Source: the human T2T-CHM13v2.0 reference genome, Homo sapiens. From it: a stretch of DNA of 64,000 nt. Below the pieces are notes generated by a model that worked only from the letters and a program-made list of their open reading frames with translations, ran no database searches and had not been told where the DNA came from. A program made the position numbers and the translations under genes. The stretch's first letter is position 1; every line of letters starts with the position of its first letter. This document shows positions 40,229-53,850 of this stretch, piece after piece. The stretch is taken from NCBI RefSeq assembly GCF_009914755.1, contig NC_060928.1. One strand, 5' to 3'.

Positions 40229-41709
40229 GTGAAGTCTCCCTAAAGAGAGTGATACCTAAGACCAGTCCAAAAGGGGGATTGGAATTGAAGTGGAAAGCTA
40301 AAGAGAGTTCTAAGGCAAAGGGCAAACCACAAGTCAAGGACTCAGAAATGGAAGAGAACCTAGTTATCTCAATGAATGCTGAATCATTTGTAGCAGCCAG
40401 ATAACCTTAGGGGTCATGGTGAAGGGTCAAGGGCCAATTTAGGGAGTGTAATTTCTTATGAACCTTGCAGAGGTAATCCACATAAAGTGTCTTCCTTGTG
40501 ACTTGAGTTAATGCCTGTAAAGATTCTAGGATGACAAGTATAAATGCTTCAAAGAAAGCATTTAATAGATGTTAGTTATAATTGTTCAAAGTAGTATTGC
40601 TTTGTTATGATTGTTAGTACAATTTTGATCACCTATCCATTAAAAGAGACTGAGTAGAAAAAGGAATAACATAAGTTGTTAACTCACAACTTGGAAATAT
40701 TGTTGTGAGTTATGACAGACATTGTGAAGTAATTTACCAAAATTAATTTATATAGATGAATACAAAGATGATTCCTTATTAATTAAGAAGAGATGATAAT
40801 GAGGCCTTTTTGAAACCAGCTTCCCCTTACCTTATCCCCACTTTCACAGCATTCTGGTTGATGAGTTTATTTTTACAGTGCATTTAAAAAAAAAAAAAAA
40901 ACTACAGTTACTTCATAAGTGAAATTGAGTTCAAAGGGCGTGATTTAATTTGATATTGCAACCACCAGGTGTTTAATTCAGTCACACCTCATTATAAAAC
41001 ATTTCTCCATCAGAGGAATCCAGTTTTACTGCAGGTTCAATCATGTTTCCCGATAGGTATTTTTGTTCAGTGCCTGTTTCTCACAGCTCCTATATCAGAA
41101 GTAGGTAACATGATGGGGCAAAAACTCATTTTTGTGTAAAAGTTAATGTGTTTTGTTTATCTGCTAAGTATCACTTATGTGATGGATGGTTCTAGCTCAA
41201 TATTATGCACATGTGCACTTTTTGAGAAACTAGATTTTGTGGCGTGTAAAATAAAACAAAAGAGGTACACAGGCCTTTAAAAGTAAATGGAAACTTGAAA
41301 TCTGCCTGAACTTGATGAGAAACCAACAAAGCATTCATATTCCACTAACAAAATCTGAGAGAGAGGATCTCTGGACTGGCTAAACTTAATGTAAACATCC
41401 CTGTCACCTTTCAGAACACATTCTGCATGTTGAAACAAAATATACCTGTACATTGTCAGCAGGTAGCAATTATTTCTTATACATAACTGGGTACACAAGG
41501 CCACCTAAATCCAGAGGAAAAAAAAACTATATATATATATATATCCAGAGGAAAATATAAAACACAGGGAGGGAGAAAATAATAAATATCCAAATATTAT
41601 AGTCAGTTCTCTGTACCTGCAGTTGTGGCTAATTTTATAAACCACCTTTTAGAACTTTGATCAAAAATATAAAAAAATAAGATTTTAAAAATCTTAATGT
41701 AAACTCAAT

Positions 41710-41900
41710 TTATTGACCAATTACTATGTATCATGTGTCAAACTAAATAATGTACATTGCCTTAATCTATATAAAACTCTTTAAGCTATGTAGTATTATT
41801 ATTCTAATTTTTAAAACGAAGGAAATGGGATTTGCTCAAGGTTACATGGCCAGTGAAAGCATGATATCAAAAAGAGTCATTTTCTAGATCCTAGGTCTAC
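41710..41900. mobile_element. MIR
   Basis: TTTATTGA..TTACTATGT and TTTGCTCAAGGTTACATGGC core. Confidence 0.55.
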
Positions 41901-42247
41901 GTATCCTACCTACCCCTATTCTTTGGTATAGACAAGTGATTCCTTTCAACCTAATAGAAATTAATATGCCAGCAGTTTCAAAACAGGTTATCTATAGAAA
42001 CTTCTCTAGCCTTGCTTCCAAGCTTGGTGGACCTCTTTAGGCACTCGTCTGATTCCAATTTTCAATTGACAGGTTAATATCAATCCTTCTATTGCTGGAG
42101 GAGTGAGCATTTTGTCAATGGTACCTTTACTAGTCAATCACTTGACGTTCCCACCCTTAACTTGGGAAAGCAAAGCACCTCTAATCTCCTCAACTGCCAT
42201 GAACTGGAGAAGGGGGATAGCCCTACTTTAAGAATACTGCTCTTTTA

Positions 42248-42581
<334 letters not shown>

Positions 42582-42842
42582 TCAAAAGGTGACTGAACCT
42601 TTTCCCACACTGTCCATTTCTTATATCAAAATAAAAAAAAAAATTGGTGACAAGTGACTTTTCTGCTGCCTGGTGCCTCCAGAAAGTCTAACAGAGAAGT
42701 GACACCAACAGCTGCTGGTTTTTCTGACAGAGTGTGTGGGATGTAAAACAGCTTTTGTTCCCAGATGTGGGCCTTAGTCATCCAACCATGCATTTGGCAA
42801 TTAACACTATTCTGTTACACAAATTTGTGACTAACATAGAAA

Positions 42843-43026
42843 AATAATTCTTAACATTTAGCAGGCATCAAAATCCCCCAGAGGGGCTTCTTAAACCACA
42901 AATCTCTGGGGCTCACCCTCAGAGTTCAGACTGGGTTTCTGGAAGGGCCTGAGAATCTGCCTTTTAAACTAGTTTCTGGGTGATGCTGATGTGGCTGATC
43001 CTGGAACCACTAGTTTAGAACTACTG
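42843..43026. mobile_element. MER5A
   Basis: GGGCCTGAGAATCTGC..GGTGATGCTGATG..GAACTACTG. Confidence 0.75.
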
Positions 43027-46000
43027 GCATATTCTAAAACCTAGTGCATAGTAGGTACATCTTCTATAAAATAATGACTCTTCTGTCTTGTTGCCTGTTT
43101 GTTAATATCCACAAATGTTAAGATTTCATCAATTATATTTTATACACAATAAGAATAGTTAATGTGCCTTATATTTCTTTTCTATTCCCTTACACAGTAA
43201 GTGGTTAAAATACACGTAGGTTTATTAACATTTACAATACCAGATTTAAGGGTAATAACCACAGAGTTCTGGTGTACATCTTATGCTCACATACCGTTAT
43301 GATTATGCATCTTTTGTATTATGGAATTTCCAATTGTCAAAAGGAAAATGAACAATCATAATGTTAATAAATATACTGACATGTTCTATAAGAGATTAAT
43401 TTTGATCAATCATTTCTATACTAACAGGAATGAGGTCTCTGTTTAACAAAATAATATACTAATGAAACAGATTATTAGACATTTATTGTTATTGTAAGAT
43501 TAAAAGGCATCCTAAATTATGTGAGGTTTCTTTCCTGATATCCATACTTAATATTCTTTTAAAAAAATCTGACATTAACTTTATTGAATTTATAGTGATT
43601 ACATTTAAAAAAAAATATTGTGGGTAAATCCTGAACTTAAAGGAAAGGTTATCAGAACTTTAGCTACAGCAGTAGTGGCAACAAGGCTCCGTTATCAAGT
43701 GTGTTAATTATTTATTCACACCTGGTTCACCACTGATTAACAAAACCTATTAAGGCCTTCCCTTGAAGACCTTGCTGTTGACATGTATTTGCAGCTGTTG
43801 TTGATTTTTTTTTCCAAATTAGCACATTATGTGTTTGGAAAACAGACAAAAAACAGCTGCAATGTCTGAATGCATTTATTATGTACTCTTCTCAAATGCT
43901 ATTTAGGTTTACTAGTAAATGATGAAGTCAGAGTGAAATGCACTGTTAACTCTGCACTTACAGGGCTTATGGGTCTAGCAGAAACAGGATGCTAAGGGGG
44001 TCACATTAAAATTTCAGCCTTCACTTTGGAAATAGATTCCACACATTTCAGAAGCCAACTGTTCAATAATATGCATAAACAGTAGTGACATCCTATAGCA
44101 ATCTCTCTTTCAAGTTAGCAAGGTCTGGTAAAGAGGTGAAAGCAATTAAAAATGCACATGACTTCAGATGGACTTAAATGTTTATTAAAATAACATTATC
44201 TTGACTTTCATATTATGCTATGCTGAATGCTTTATTGGTTTTATAGTCCCTCAAAGCCACCTAGCTCCAGGTTATAGTAATAAAATATTATTTTTAAAGG
44301 CCGTGTTAATAACTAAAAAACATTATTTTATATTTAAGGTCTTTATGCTTGCTGCTTTATTGCAGCAACAAATCTTCCCGGAGTAAAATATCTGGCATTT
44401 AGCAGTTTAGAAATCATCATCTCTCCAAAGTGCTGGTACCACCCTAGACACAGGACAACTTTTGGAAATTCAAGGGATTCTCCTTCATCTCCAAATATTG
44501 TGCAGAATAATTCCTCTCAACCGAAAGACAAGGGGTCTTATTTACTTATATTTCTTGAGAAAAGGGGTCTGAGTCTTGAATTTCCAATTGCATCTGCTTT
44601 CTCTTTACCCTACACTCCAAAATCAAACACACACACACACAAACGATTACTTCTTCTTATTTTTTCTCTATTACGAGCCCCATTTTCCAATGCAGAAGCT
44701 ATTGCTTGGAGGATTGCCTGCATAACAGGAGGGAATATTTCTGTTATCACGGCAAGCCCTGTCAGTCCAACTTTCTTCCAGTTCCTAGTTCCATGAAGTG
44801 GCACAAAGCTTTTTCAACTTTAAAGACTGAAAATATGCACATTCATCTATATCAGAGACAGGTGTTATCTAATTAGCATTCTCTATTTACTTCATGGTGC
44901 TTGTCACAAACATGCTTGCCAAATCAGGCATACACATCTGTCCATGTTATTAATTATGCCAAAAAATACCAAATAATTTTCAAACACCAGTAACATATTG
45001 TAGGCCCACAGCCCTTTGTTCATGCTGTCTCCCTAACCTGAAGCAAACTTACCATGGTTCTTTACCTACATGACATTTGCCTATGTCAACCAATTTGATG
45101 AATGCAAGCAAGGTAAACAGATGCTGTCTATCTTAAAGCAGAAGAGGAATTGACAAGTAGCCAATAGAATTACTGGAAAACTAGACCTAGAAAAATCAAG
45201 AAAAAGCCAAGCAATTCTGGAGAATCAAGCAGCAAAGAACACATCACCACACACCACCACAAAGGAATTTACTTCATCTTTGTCTAATTTGCTGCATATG
45301 AAAAATTTTAGCTAAGGAATATTTGATAGACAAAGTCATTCATCAGTGCACTCCATGCCAGTTGGCATGGAGATAATCTGTACTTTGGGAGGTAAGATGT
45401 TTCTTTTTGCCAGAAAATACACAATTGAGAATGCCCCAAAAATTAGGAAGGAGGTTGTAGACTTGTAGGCAGAGAATAACAAATGTACTCACTATTTTTC
45501 AAGGCCCACCTCAAGCTTCAACTCCTAAATAAAACCTTTCATACCTACTTCAACTTTGTTGATTTTTTTCTCTAGCAATCTCTGCATTATTTAATGTCTG
45601 TATCATTCAGTTTATCACTTATATATGTAAAGTTTAATTTATAATTTCTCACATTTTATAGGTTTGGCTTTTCAGGAAGATGGCTAGTTCCTTGAGGACA
45701 AAACACACGTTTTAAACTTGTATATTTTATTACAACGTACAACTCACTTCAAACAGAAATAGTAGGTTGATTGACTGATGGCTAGATTTAAACTGGGCCT
45801 AAATGCGTATTACCAAGTATGGCATCTATGAGACAATATACAAATAAAATTGTTTTTAAATGATATTGTTAGAGCAAAATATTTATTTAAGGAAAACTTT
45901 TTAAGACATTTCTTCACAATGATGACTATTTTTGTAAAAAACTTGTTTACTTGTATAAAATGAATTTATAAGCATAAAATGAATTTATACATATATTATT

Positions 46001-46028
46001 CCCTAGTCTTTAATAAATTCTAGGAGAT

Positions 46029-46680
46029 GACATTAGGCAGCTTCTGAAATGGTTCCCAATGCTCTCTGACTCCTGTTACTTATGCTCCTGTGTAATACCC
46101 TCTCCTTGGCTTTCTTTTAATGAATAGAATGTGGCAAAAGAGATGGGATATCAATGTTAAAATTAAATGATGAAAGACAGCGACTTTCGTTTTGTTCTTT
46201 CTCTCTAGCTCTCTCTTTCTCTCATTCTCTCTCTTGCTCACATTTCTAACCTATTTGCTCTCTTTCTCATTTTCTCTCTTGCTCACATTTCTAACTTCTT
46301 GCTCTTATAAAGCAAGCTCTCATATTTTGAGCTACTCTGTGGAGCGACCCAAGTAGCAAGGAACTAAGTGCAGCCTTTCTCCAACAGTCAGCAAACAACT
46401 GACGCCCTCAGTCTACCACTTCAAGAGGTACTGAATCTTAGCCTCCACCAGGTGAATGAGCTTAGAAGAAACTCTTTCCCTAGTTGAGCCTTGAGATGAC
46501 TACTGCCTAGCCAATACTTTTACTTGAGCTTGTGAGAGATCCTGAAGTACAGAACCAACCCAGCTAAGCCTTGGCTAAACTCCTGATCCAAAGATCCAAA
46601 GCAACTATGAGATGTTAAATGTCATTTCAAAGCCACTAAGTTTCTGGTAATTTGTTGTAGAACAATAAAAATCTCTTACA
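46029..46680 (+). mobile_element. MLT1 (E/F-type) LTR with a ~45-bp internal tandem duplication
   Basis: AATAGAATGTGGCAAAAG.GATGG, GAGCCTTGAGATGACT and AAGCCACTAAGTTT.TGGTAATTTGTT; TCTCTCTTGCTCACATTTCTAAC occurs twice near 46210-46296. Confidence 0.85.
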
Positions 46681-46684
46681 GATA

Positions 46685-47049
46685 GAGGCAAGATGGCTGA
46701 ATAGGAACAGTTCCCGTCTGCAGCTCCCAGTGAGACCAAGGCAGAAGAAGGGTGATTTCTGCATTTCCAACTGAGGTACCCTGCTCATTTCATTGGGACT
46801 GGTTAGGTAGTGATTGCAGCCCATGGAGGGCGAGCAGAAGCAGGGTGGGGCGTCGCCACACCTGGGAAGTGCAAGGGGCCGGGGACCTCCCTCCCCTAGC
46901 CAAGGGAAGCCTTGAGGGGCTGTGCTATCTGACCCAGATACTACGCTTCTCCCACGGTTTTTGCAATCCGCAGACCAGGAGATTCCCTCGTATGCCTGCA
47001 CCACCAGGGCAGACACTGAGCGGACCTCCAGCAAACTGCAGCAGACTTG
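46685..47049 (+). mobile_element. Orphan L1PA 5'UTR fragment with two internal deletions
   Basis: GGCAAGATGGCTGAATAGGAACAG..GGGTGATTTCTGCATTTCCAACTGAGGTAC; collinear with the reverse complement of 10595-10312, 10276-10264 and 9482-9458. Confidence 0.9.
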
Positions 47050-47140
47050 TATTTAATCTAGAGAACAGATATAGATATAACAAGTCACAATATAGATCCT
47101 CTATTTCATTTAAAACATGATTCTTAATTCTAAGATGACC

Positions 47141-48690
47141 TTTTTTTTTTTTATAGTACTTTAAGTTCTGGGGTAAATGTGCAGAACGTGCAGTTTTGTT
47201 ACATAGGTATACACGTCATGGCGGATGCTGCACCCATCAACCCATCATCTACATTAAGTATTTCTCCTAATGCTATCCCTCCCCTAGCTCCCCACCCCCT
47301 GATAGGCCGTGGTGTGTCATGTTCCCCTCCCTGTGTCCATGTGTTCTCATTGTTCAACTCCCACTTATGAGTGAGAACATGCAGAGTTTGGTTTTCTGTT
47401 CTTGTGTTAGTTTGCTGAGAATGATGGTTTCCAGCTTCATCCATGCCCCTGCAAAGGACATGAACTCATCCCTTTTGATGGCTGCAAAGTATTCCATGGT
47501 GTATATGTGCCACATTTTCTTTATCCAGTCTATCATTGATCAACATTTGGGATGGTTCCAAGTCGTTACTATTGTGAACAGTGCTGCAATAAACATACAT
47601 GTGCATGTGTCTTTATAGTAGAATGATTTATAACCCTTTGGGTATATACCCAGTAATGGTATTGCTGGGTCAAATGGTATTTCTAGTTTTAGATCCTTGA
47701 GGAATCGAAACACTGTGTTCCACAATGGTTAAACTAATTTACACTCCCACCAACAGCATGAAAGCATTTGTATTTCTCTACATCCTCTCCAGCATCTGTT
47801 GTTTCCAGACTTTTTAATGATCGCCATTCTAACTGGTGTGAGATGGTATCTCATTGTGGCTTTGATTTGCATTTCTCTAATGACCAGTGATGATGAGCTT
47901 TTTTTCGTATGTTTGTTGGCAGCATAAATGTCTTCTTTTGAGAAGTGTCTTTTCATATCCTTCACCCACTTTTTGAAGGGTTTTTTTTTTCTTTTAAAAC
48001 TGTTTAAGTTCTTTGTAGGTTGTGGATATTAGCCCTTTGTCAGATGGATAGATTGCAAAAATTTTCTCCCATTCTGTAGGTTGTCTGTTCACTCTGATGA
48101 TAGTTTCTTTTGCTGTGCAGAAGCCCTTTAGTTTAATCAGATCCCACTTGTCAATTCTCGCTTTTGTTGCCATTGCTTTTGGTGTTTTAGTCATGAAGTC
48201 TTTGCCCATGCCTATGACCTGAATGGTATTGCCTAGGTTTTCTTCTAGGGTTTTTATGGTTTTAGGTCTATGTTTAAGTCTTTAATCCATATTGAGTTAA
48301 TTTTTGTATAAGGTGTAAGGAAGGGGTCCAGTTTCAGCTTTCTGCCTACAGCTAGCCAGTATTCCCAACATCATTTATTAAATAGGGGATCCTTTTCCCA
48401 TTTCTTGTTTTTGTCAGGTTTGTCAAAGATCAGATGGTTTTAGATGTGTGGTGTTATTTCTAAAGCCTCTGTTCTGTTCCACTGGTCTATATATCAGTTT
48501 GGTAGCAGTACCATGCTGTTTTTGTTACTGTAGGCTTATAGTATAATTTGAAGTCAGGTAGCATGATGCCTCCAGCTTTATTCTTTTTGCTTAGGATTAT
48601 CTTGGCTGTACGGGCTCTTTTTTGATTCCATATTGATTCCATATGAAATTTAAAGTTTTTTCCAATTCTGTGAAGAAAGTAAATAGTAGC
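47141..48690 (-). mobile_element. 5'-truncated L1PA (about L1PA6-8 type) 3' end
   Basis: Poly(T), 3'UTR and ORF2 C-terminal fragments ([22 protein letters not shown]); TSD CTTAATTCTAAGATGA / CTTAATCTAGGATGA. Confidence 0.95.
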
Positions 48691-51689
48691 TTAATCTAGG
48701 ATGATTTTTAAGTGAAATTTTTATATAAAAAAGCAAAAAGAGAAGAAGGCTACTTAATTTGAAGGACTCAAGCTAGAAATATACTACTCAAATTTTAAAA
48801 CATTTGGCCATCTTTGTCCTCTATTTCCCCCACTACCGATTAAATTGATGAGAAAATAAGATAATTAATATTGATAAGAAAAGCATCACTACCACTGATT
48901 CTTCCATACATCACAGTCACTTGCATTTCATAATAACAAGTAAACACATTTTACAGCCTCCACTTCTTCAAAATTAAACAATTACTTCTGAGTGTTGGTT
49001 TTATGGGGGGATAAGTAGGGACTTGTGGGCACGTGGAATGAAAGAAAGAGTTCAAGAATCTTTTTTATCTCAATAAATTAGATTGTGAACTGGGACATTT
49101 AAGAAGTGTTGGTCAAAAACACCATGAAAATAAGTAATTTGTGTTCTCTATGCAACTCTGGGTTTCTGCATTAATACCTCTTATAATAAGACTGGATTTG
49201 TTTTCTTCTGTGATTCATTTTATTTTTGTAGACTTGAATTAAAGATACTTTATAAATACAAACATGTTTGACTTAATATAATAGATATATTTCTTTTAAA
49301 ATGTATGCACATAGACTGTCTTTGCCTGAGTTTCTTTAAAAAAAATACAGGATAAAATACAGGAGTAAAAATTTAGTGAAACAAAGAATGAGAAGAGTTT
49401 CACTAGCTTGTTGATGAGCTGTGAAAGTAAATCAATAGCACGTGTGTCCATTCAGTCACGTGCTACATCTCCAGGTATGCTAGATGGAGAACTCATGCCT
49501 CAGGGTGGTCTGCGGGAAGAACAGAAGAGAATGATACATCTACCCAATTCTCTCCCATTGCCTATTTCCATTAGTCAAATTTCTCCTGACAGTAGGTTAA
49601 CTCTGCTGTGTTTCTGGTTGCTTCATCTGGATAAGGTAATTGGCCTCTCTCAAGGCGAGATTACACATCCCTAGGTATGACAGTTCATTCAGGTTTTGGG
49701 GAAGGATACAAAGACTCTGGTGTGGAACTAGCTAGCTTCAGTGGTGGAACCCTACAGATTGGAGTAGAGTTGCCTGTCTAGCAAAGCCGCAAGCCTGAAA
49801 GTTCTTGAGGCAATGCCAAGGGAATCAAAGAAAGTGCATAAAATGTGTCATGGAATTTCTATGAATCAAGATTATTTTTAAGGCAATAAAGCAATGACAT
49901 TTTGGTGTGCATCAGCATCACTTGTGAATTTTGCTTAAATCCCAGATACCTGAACCAGGTGATTCTGACACTCATCAGAGAAAAGTCACTCTTTAAGAAA
50001 TCCTCAAGGTGATTTTAAGATATAAATCATTATCCCTTAATTTACTTGTTTCAAGAGAACAGATCTTTATCTCTGTTTCTTAGAGAGGACCACCTTCATA
50101 TTATAGGTCTATATTTTTCAAATATTTCTGTGACTTTTTGAGCTTCTCCAAAACAATAAGAATTCAAATGAATACTAAAATGAAATGAACAGTATAAAAT
50201 TAAGTCTATGTTTTACTCAATACGTACATGCAGACATGCATAAAACTATAGCATGCTAAGTAGATATATGAAGTTACTACCCGCAATTTACAGGAAACAT
50301 TAGTTTTTACCAGGGTCATTTCAATTGTAATCACCTCTAGGCAACTAATATTTAATTCAGTTTCAAAAATATTTAGATTTCTGCCAACTCTTCAAGCAGA
50401 TCCATTCTACAGAAAAAGTATACCCATGTATCATTTTTCTAAAGGTTTTTGGCAACTGCTCCCCTAGTTTTACTCACTCATAAGGATAAAATTTTGGAAT
50501 GATTGTCTTATTTTAATCCCAACCTATATGCTCTATGCATCAATTAAAGATTAAAGCAACTGTGTTTTGATTTATTTTGTTTGTTTTAATTGTAGTGTGT
50601 AAAATGTGAACTGAATACTACCTTTGCTTTTAAGAAAGCACATTTTCATTCTATTTTCAAATAAACAACGATGTCACTGAATTTGATTGTATGTTATGTA
50701 TATAAAGGCTGTCATTTGGACTTCAAGATGTTATTTTCAATCTAAATCCCTGTGTGGAAAGAGATAGTTTCCCTCTAAAAATCATAAATCTACCTGCAGC
50801 AAAACAATAAAGAAAAAGGGCACTTTGATTTTTTTAAGCAGGAATGTCAACTCTATATATAGGAAAATGTAATTGGTTCCAAATATTGAGTCAGATTCTC
50901 AAACATTCAGCAGGGTATGATTGCAGATAATTTTAACTCTATGTTAACTCTTTCATATACAATTTCCCTCTTGTAGAAACTACCTGCAAAATCCTAAATG
51001 TCATACTTTCAGTTGTTGGAAAGTGTTAAGCTTTAATCAATAAATGAGCCACTATTTTAATTTCTCTAGTAACACACAGCAGCTTTTGCTTTTTGAGCTT
51101 CTTTGCAATTTTTAAATATTTTTGTGGTCTTGCAGCATTTAATTCTTTATCATGAACCCTGTATATTTAAAAAATAGCAACTGATGAAAATGATGATGGT
51201 AATGATAATAATAATGATGTGTTCATGATTTTGGTAGCTCTCCCATGCACATTTTTTAGAAGTCCTTAGTGTATATAACATGCTGCTTATTCTTTTGATA
51301 AGAGCCTTTTGCTATTTCCAATACTCACATATGCTTTGAATCATCTACATAGCTAATTTTGCATTTGTGTTTGAGAACTTTAGTTTCTAAATCCATAAAG
51401 GAGAGCTTTGCATTCTTACTTCCTAATTTCAGATCCTAACTTTAAGATTTCATTGTAAAATAAGACACATTTGACTATTTTGGATCTATAAATACATAGG
51501 ATTTTCTAAGAAACTGTGAATTCTTCCTGTATTCTCCACTTGGCAAAATCCAATCTGCTCTTTCTTGAAGGAGAAAAATATCACCCTTTATATATATAAA
51601 ATACTATCATATGGAATTTAATGACATTTTTATGAGATGTTTATAACTCTACTATGTCCTAATAGGAAAAGCTCCATTCCAAAGACAGA

Positions 51690-51900
51690 GGTTATGGACT
51701 GCCTGAGACAAATACTGCCTCTGTCACAAACATATATGATACACTTACATGACACTGTGCAAGTTCCTGATGATCCTTTACTTCAATTTCTTCACGTGTA
51801 AAGCCGAAATAATAATAATACCTCCTTCATAGTGTTATTTTGAGGATTAAATTAATTACTGTGTTGAAAGCACTTAGAAAAATATCTGACCATTTCCTGA
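51690..51900. mobile_element. MIR
   Basis: TAATAATAATACCTCCTTCATAG.GTTATT.TGAGGATTAAAT..AAAGCACTTAGAA. Confidence 0.7.
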
Positions 51901-52898
51901 TGACGTATAAGTGTAGGCTCATACCTTTCCTAATATACTAAAAATACATGAAAGTATAAGTCATACATAGGAATTCACACTTTTATATTATTTTTCACTA
52001 TAATTTTGTCTGATAGACTTTCCCAGATTGACTTATAGTACAATATTTACTATTAATAGAAACATATTTTATGCAATTATGCAACATAGAAAGGAAAAAC
52101 AATGCTACAGTGTATATAGGATGCTATGTATTCTGTAACTCTGCCTTTAAAATTTACTAAGTTTAAATTAAACCTGAAGTTTAGTCAATATTCTTTTTCA
52201 AAATACATATATACCCAATGATACTCCTTGTATTTCCGAGCCTTAGATGAACAAATAAATCATTCTTCCTAAGTTGAAACATTAAATATATAATGCAACT
52301 ATACAGTAAATAAATATTTATTAAGCACTGAGCATGTGCCAACCATTGTATTAGGCCACAGAGGTATATGGAACTTAACTTATACTAATGACTTTGGAGA
52401 TCTACTTATCTAAGTATATGTGTAAGGAAAAAAATTATGACTCAAGTTAAGAGTGATAATTTCTGTGGGCATATATTGAATGGAGGAACTTTTTCTAAGT
52501 AGAGAGAGGGCTAGAAAAAGAGTCAAAAAAACTCTACAAAGAGTATAAAGTTTGAGTATTACACAAATACCTCAAACTTTTTATTCCCAATATCCAGTCA
52601 TCCAACAAAACTAATTTATGTTTTTTTCCAACTGTCTCTTACGTTTGTTCTTCCCTCATCTTTTCTAAACTCTGTCCCTCAACCCCCAGTTACAAATAAA
52701 TACTGCTAATGCTTAGGATTTGTTCAAAAATCCTTAGCTGACTTTGCTAATTTCAGTCTCAGACACATTCAATTAATGATTCCACAAACCACTGATACCA
52801 ATCTAAACTTCTTCAAATGCTACATGCATCATAACCCTTCTCAAAATCAAAACTCTTGTATTTTATAAATCAAATATGAACTGTTTGGCCTCATTTTA

Positions 52899-53231
<333 letters not shown>

Positions 53232-53850
53232 CTAATCTTACCTGGCTTTCCAAATACCCTTCTCCCTCCATCCGCTAATGTAGACCTTCCATTAATGTTG
53301 GATTCCTTTCCTCACAATCATGAATGTCATTGTGACAAATCCAGCAGAACTTTCTTCAATGTTGTTCATCTGTCTGTGAATACTCCTCTGTGCCAACCAA
53401 TTCATCTGTATATTTACTATCACTAATTGAATATCTAAACTCATCTAATACTTCCTGCTTAAAACTCCCTGTTGACATCTTCCTTCACGGTCTTTTCCTG
53501 TCTCTAGATATGTTTAAACCACCGCACAGAATTTAGCCTGTGGCTATGTGTATTTTACATCTGTTTCCTTGCTCGTAAACAAGTTACAATATACAAATGG
53601 TACCAATGCAAGATAGGAAAGCCTCTCTCATTCTTGTTTCCTGAATGACAATTTGAAATTTGATCTCCTAGCTTACTGTGTTAGGCCTGTGGCATAAATG
53701 AGAAAGCAAATTTTATTGGTCTGTTCTCAGACACATTGGTCTTGGGATTCCTTCTCTCTCTTAAAAACTATTGAGGACCCCAGAGAGCTTTTATGTATGT
53801 AGGTTTTATCTATCAATAATTAATGTGTTCCAAATTAAAATAAAAATTAA

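Noticed and set aside
44500-44804. Overlapping ORFs with protein-like composition
   Set aside because: Non-ATG starts, they run through a (CA)n tract, and no family or paired splice sites are recognisable.
47275-47300. G-quadruplex-like tract on the minus strand
   Set aside because: This is the standard polypurine tract of the L1 3'UTR; not locus-specific.
46685-48690. Single twin-primed (5'-inverted) L1 insertion
   Set aside because: The 5'UTR piece is on the poly(T) side and outside the TSD of the 3' piece, the opposite of twin-priming geometry.
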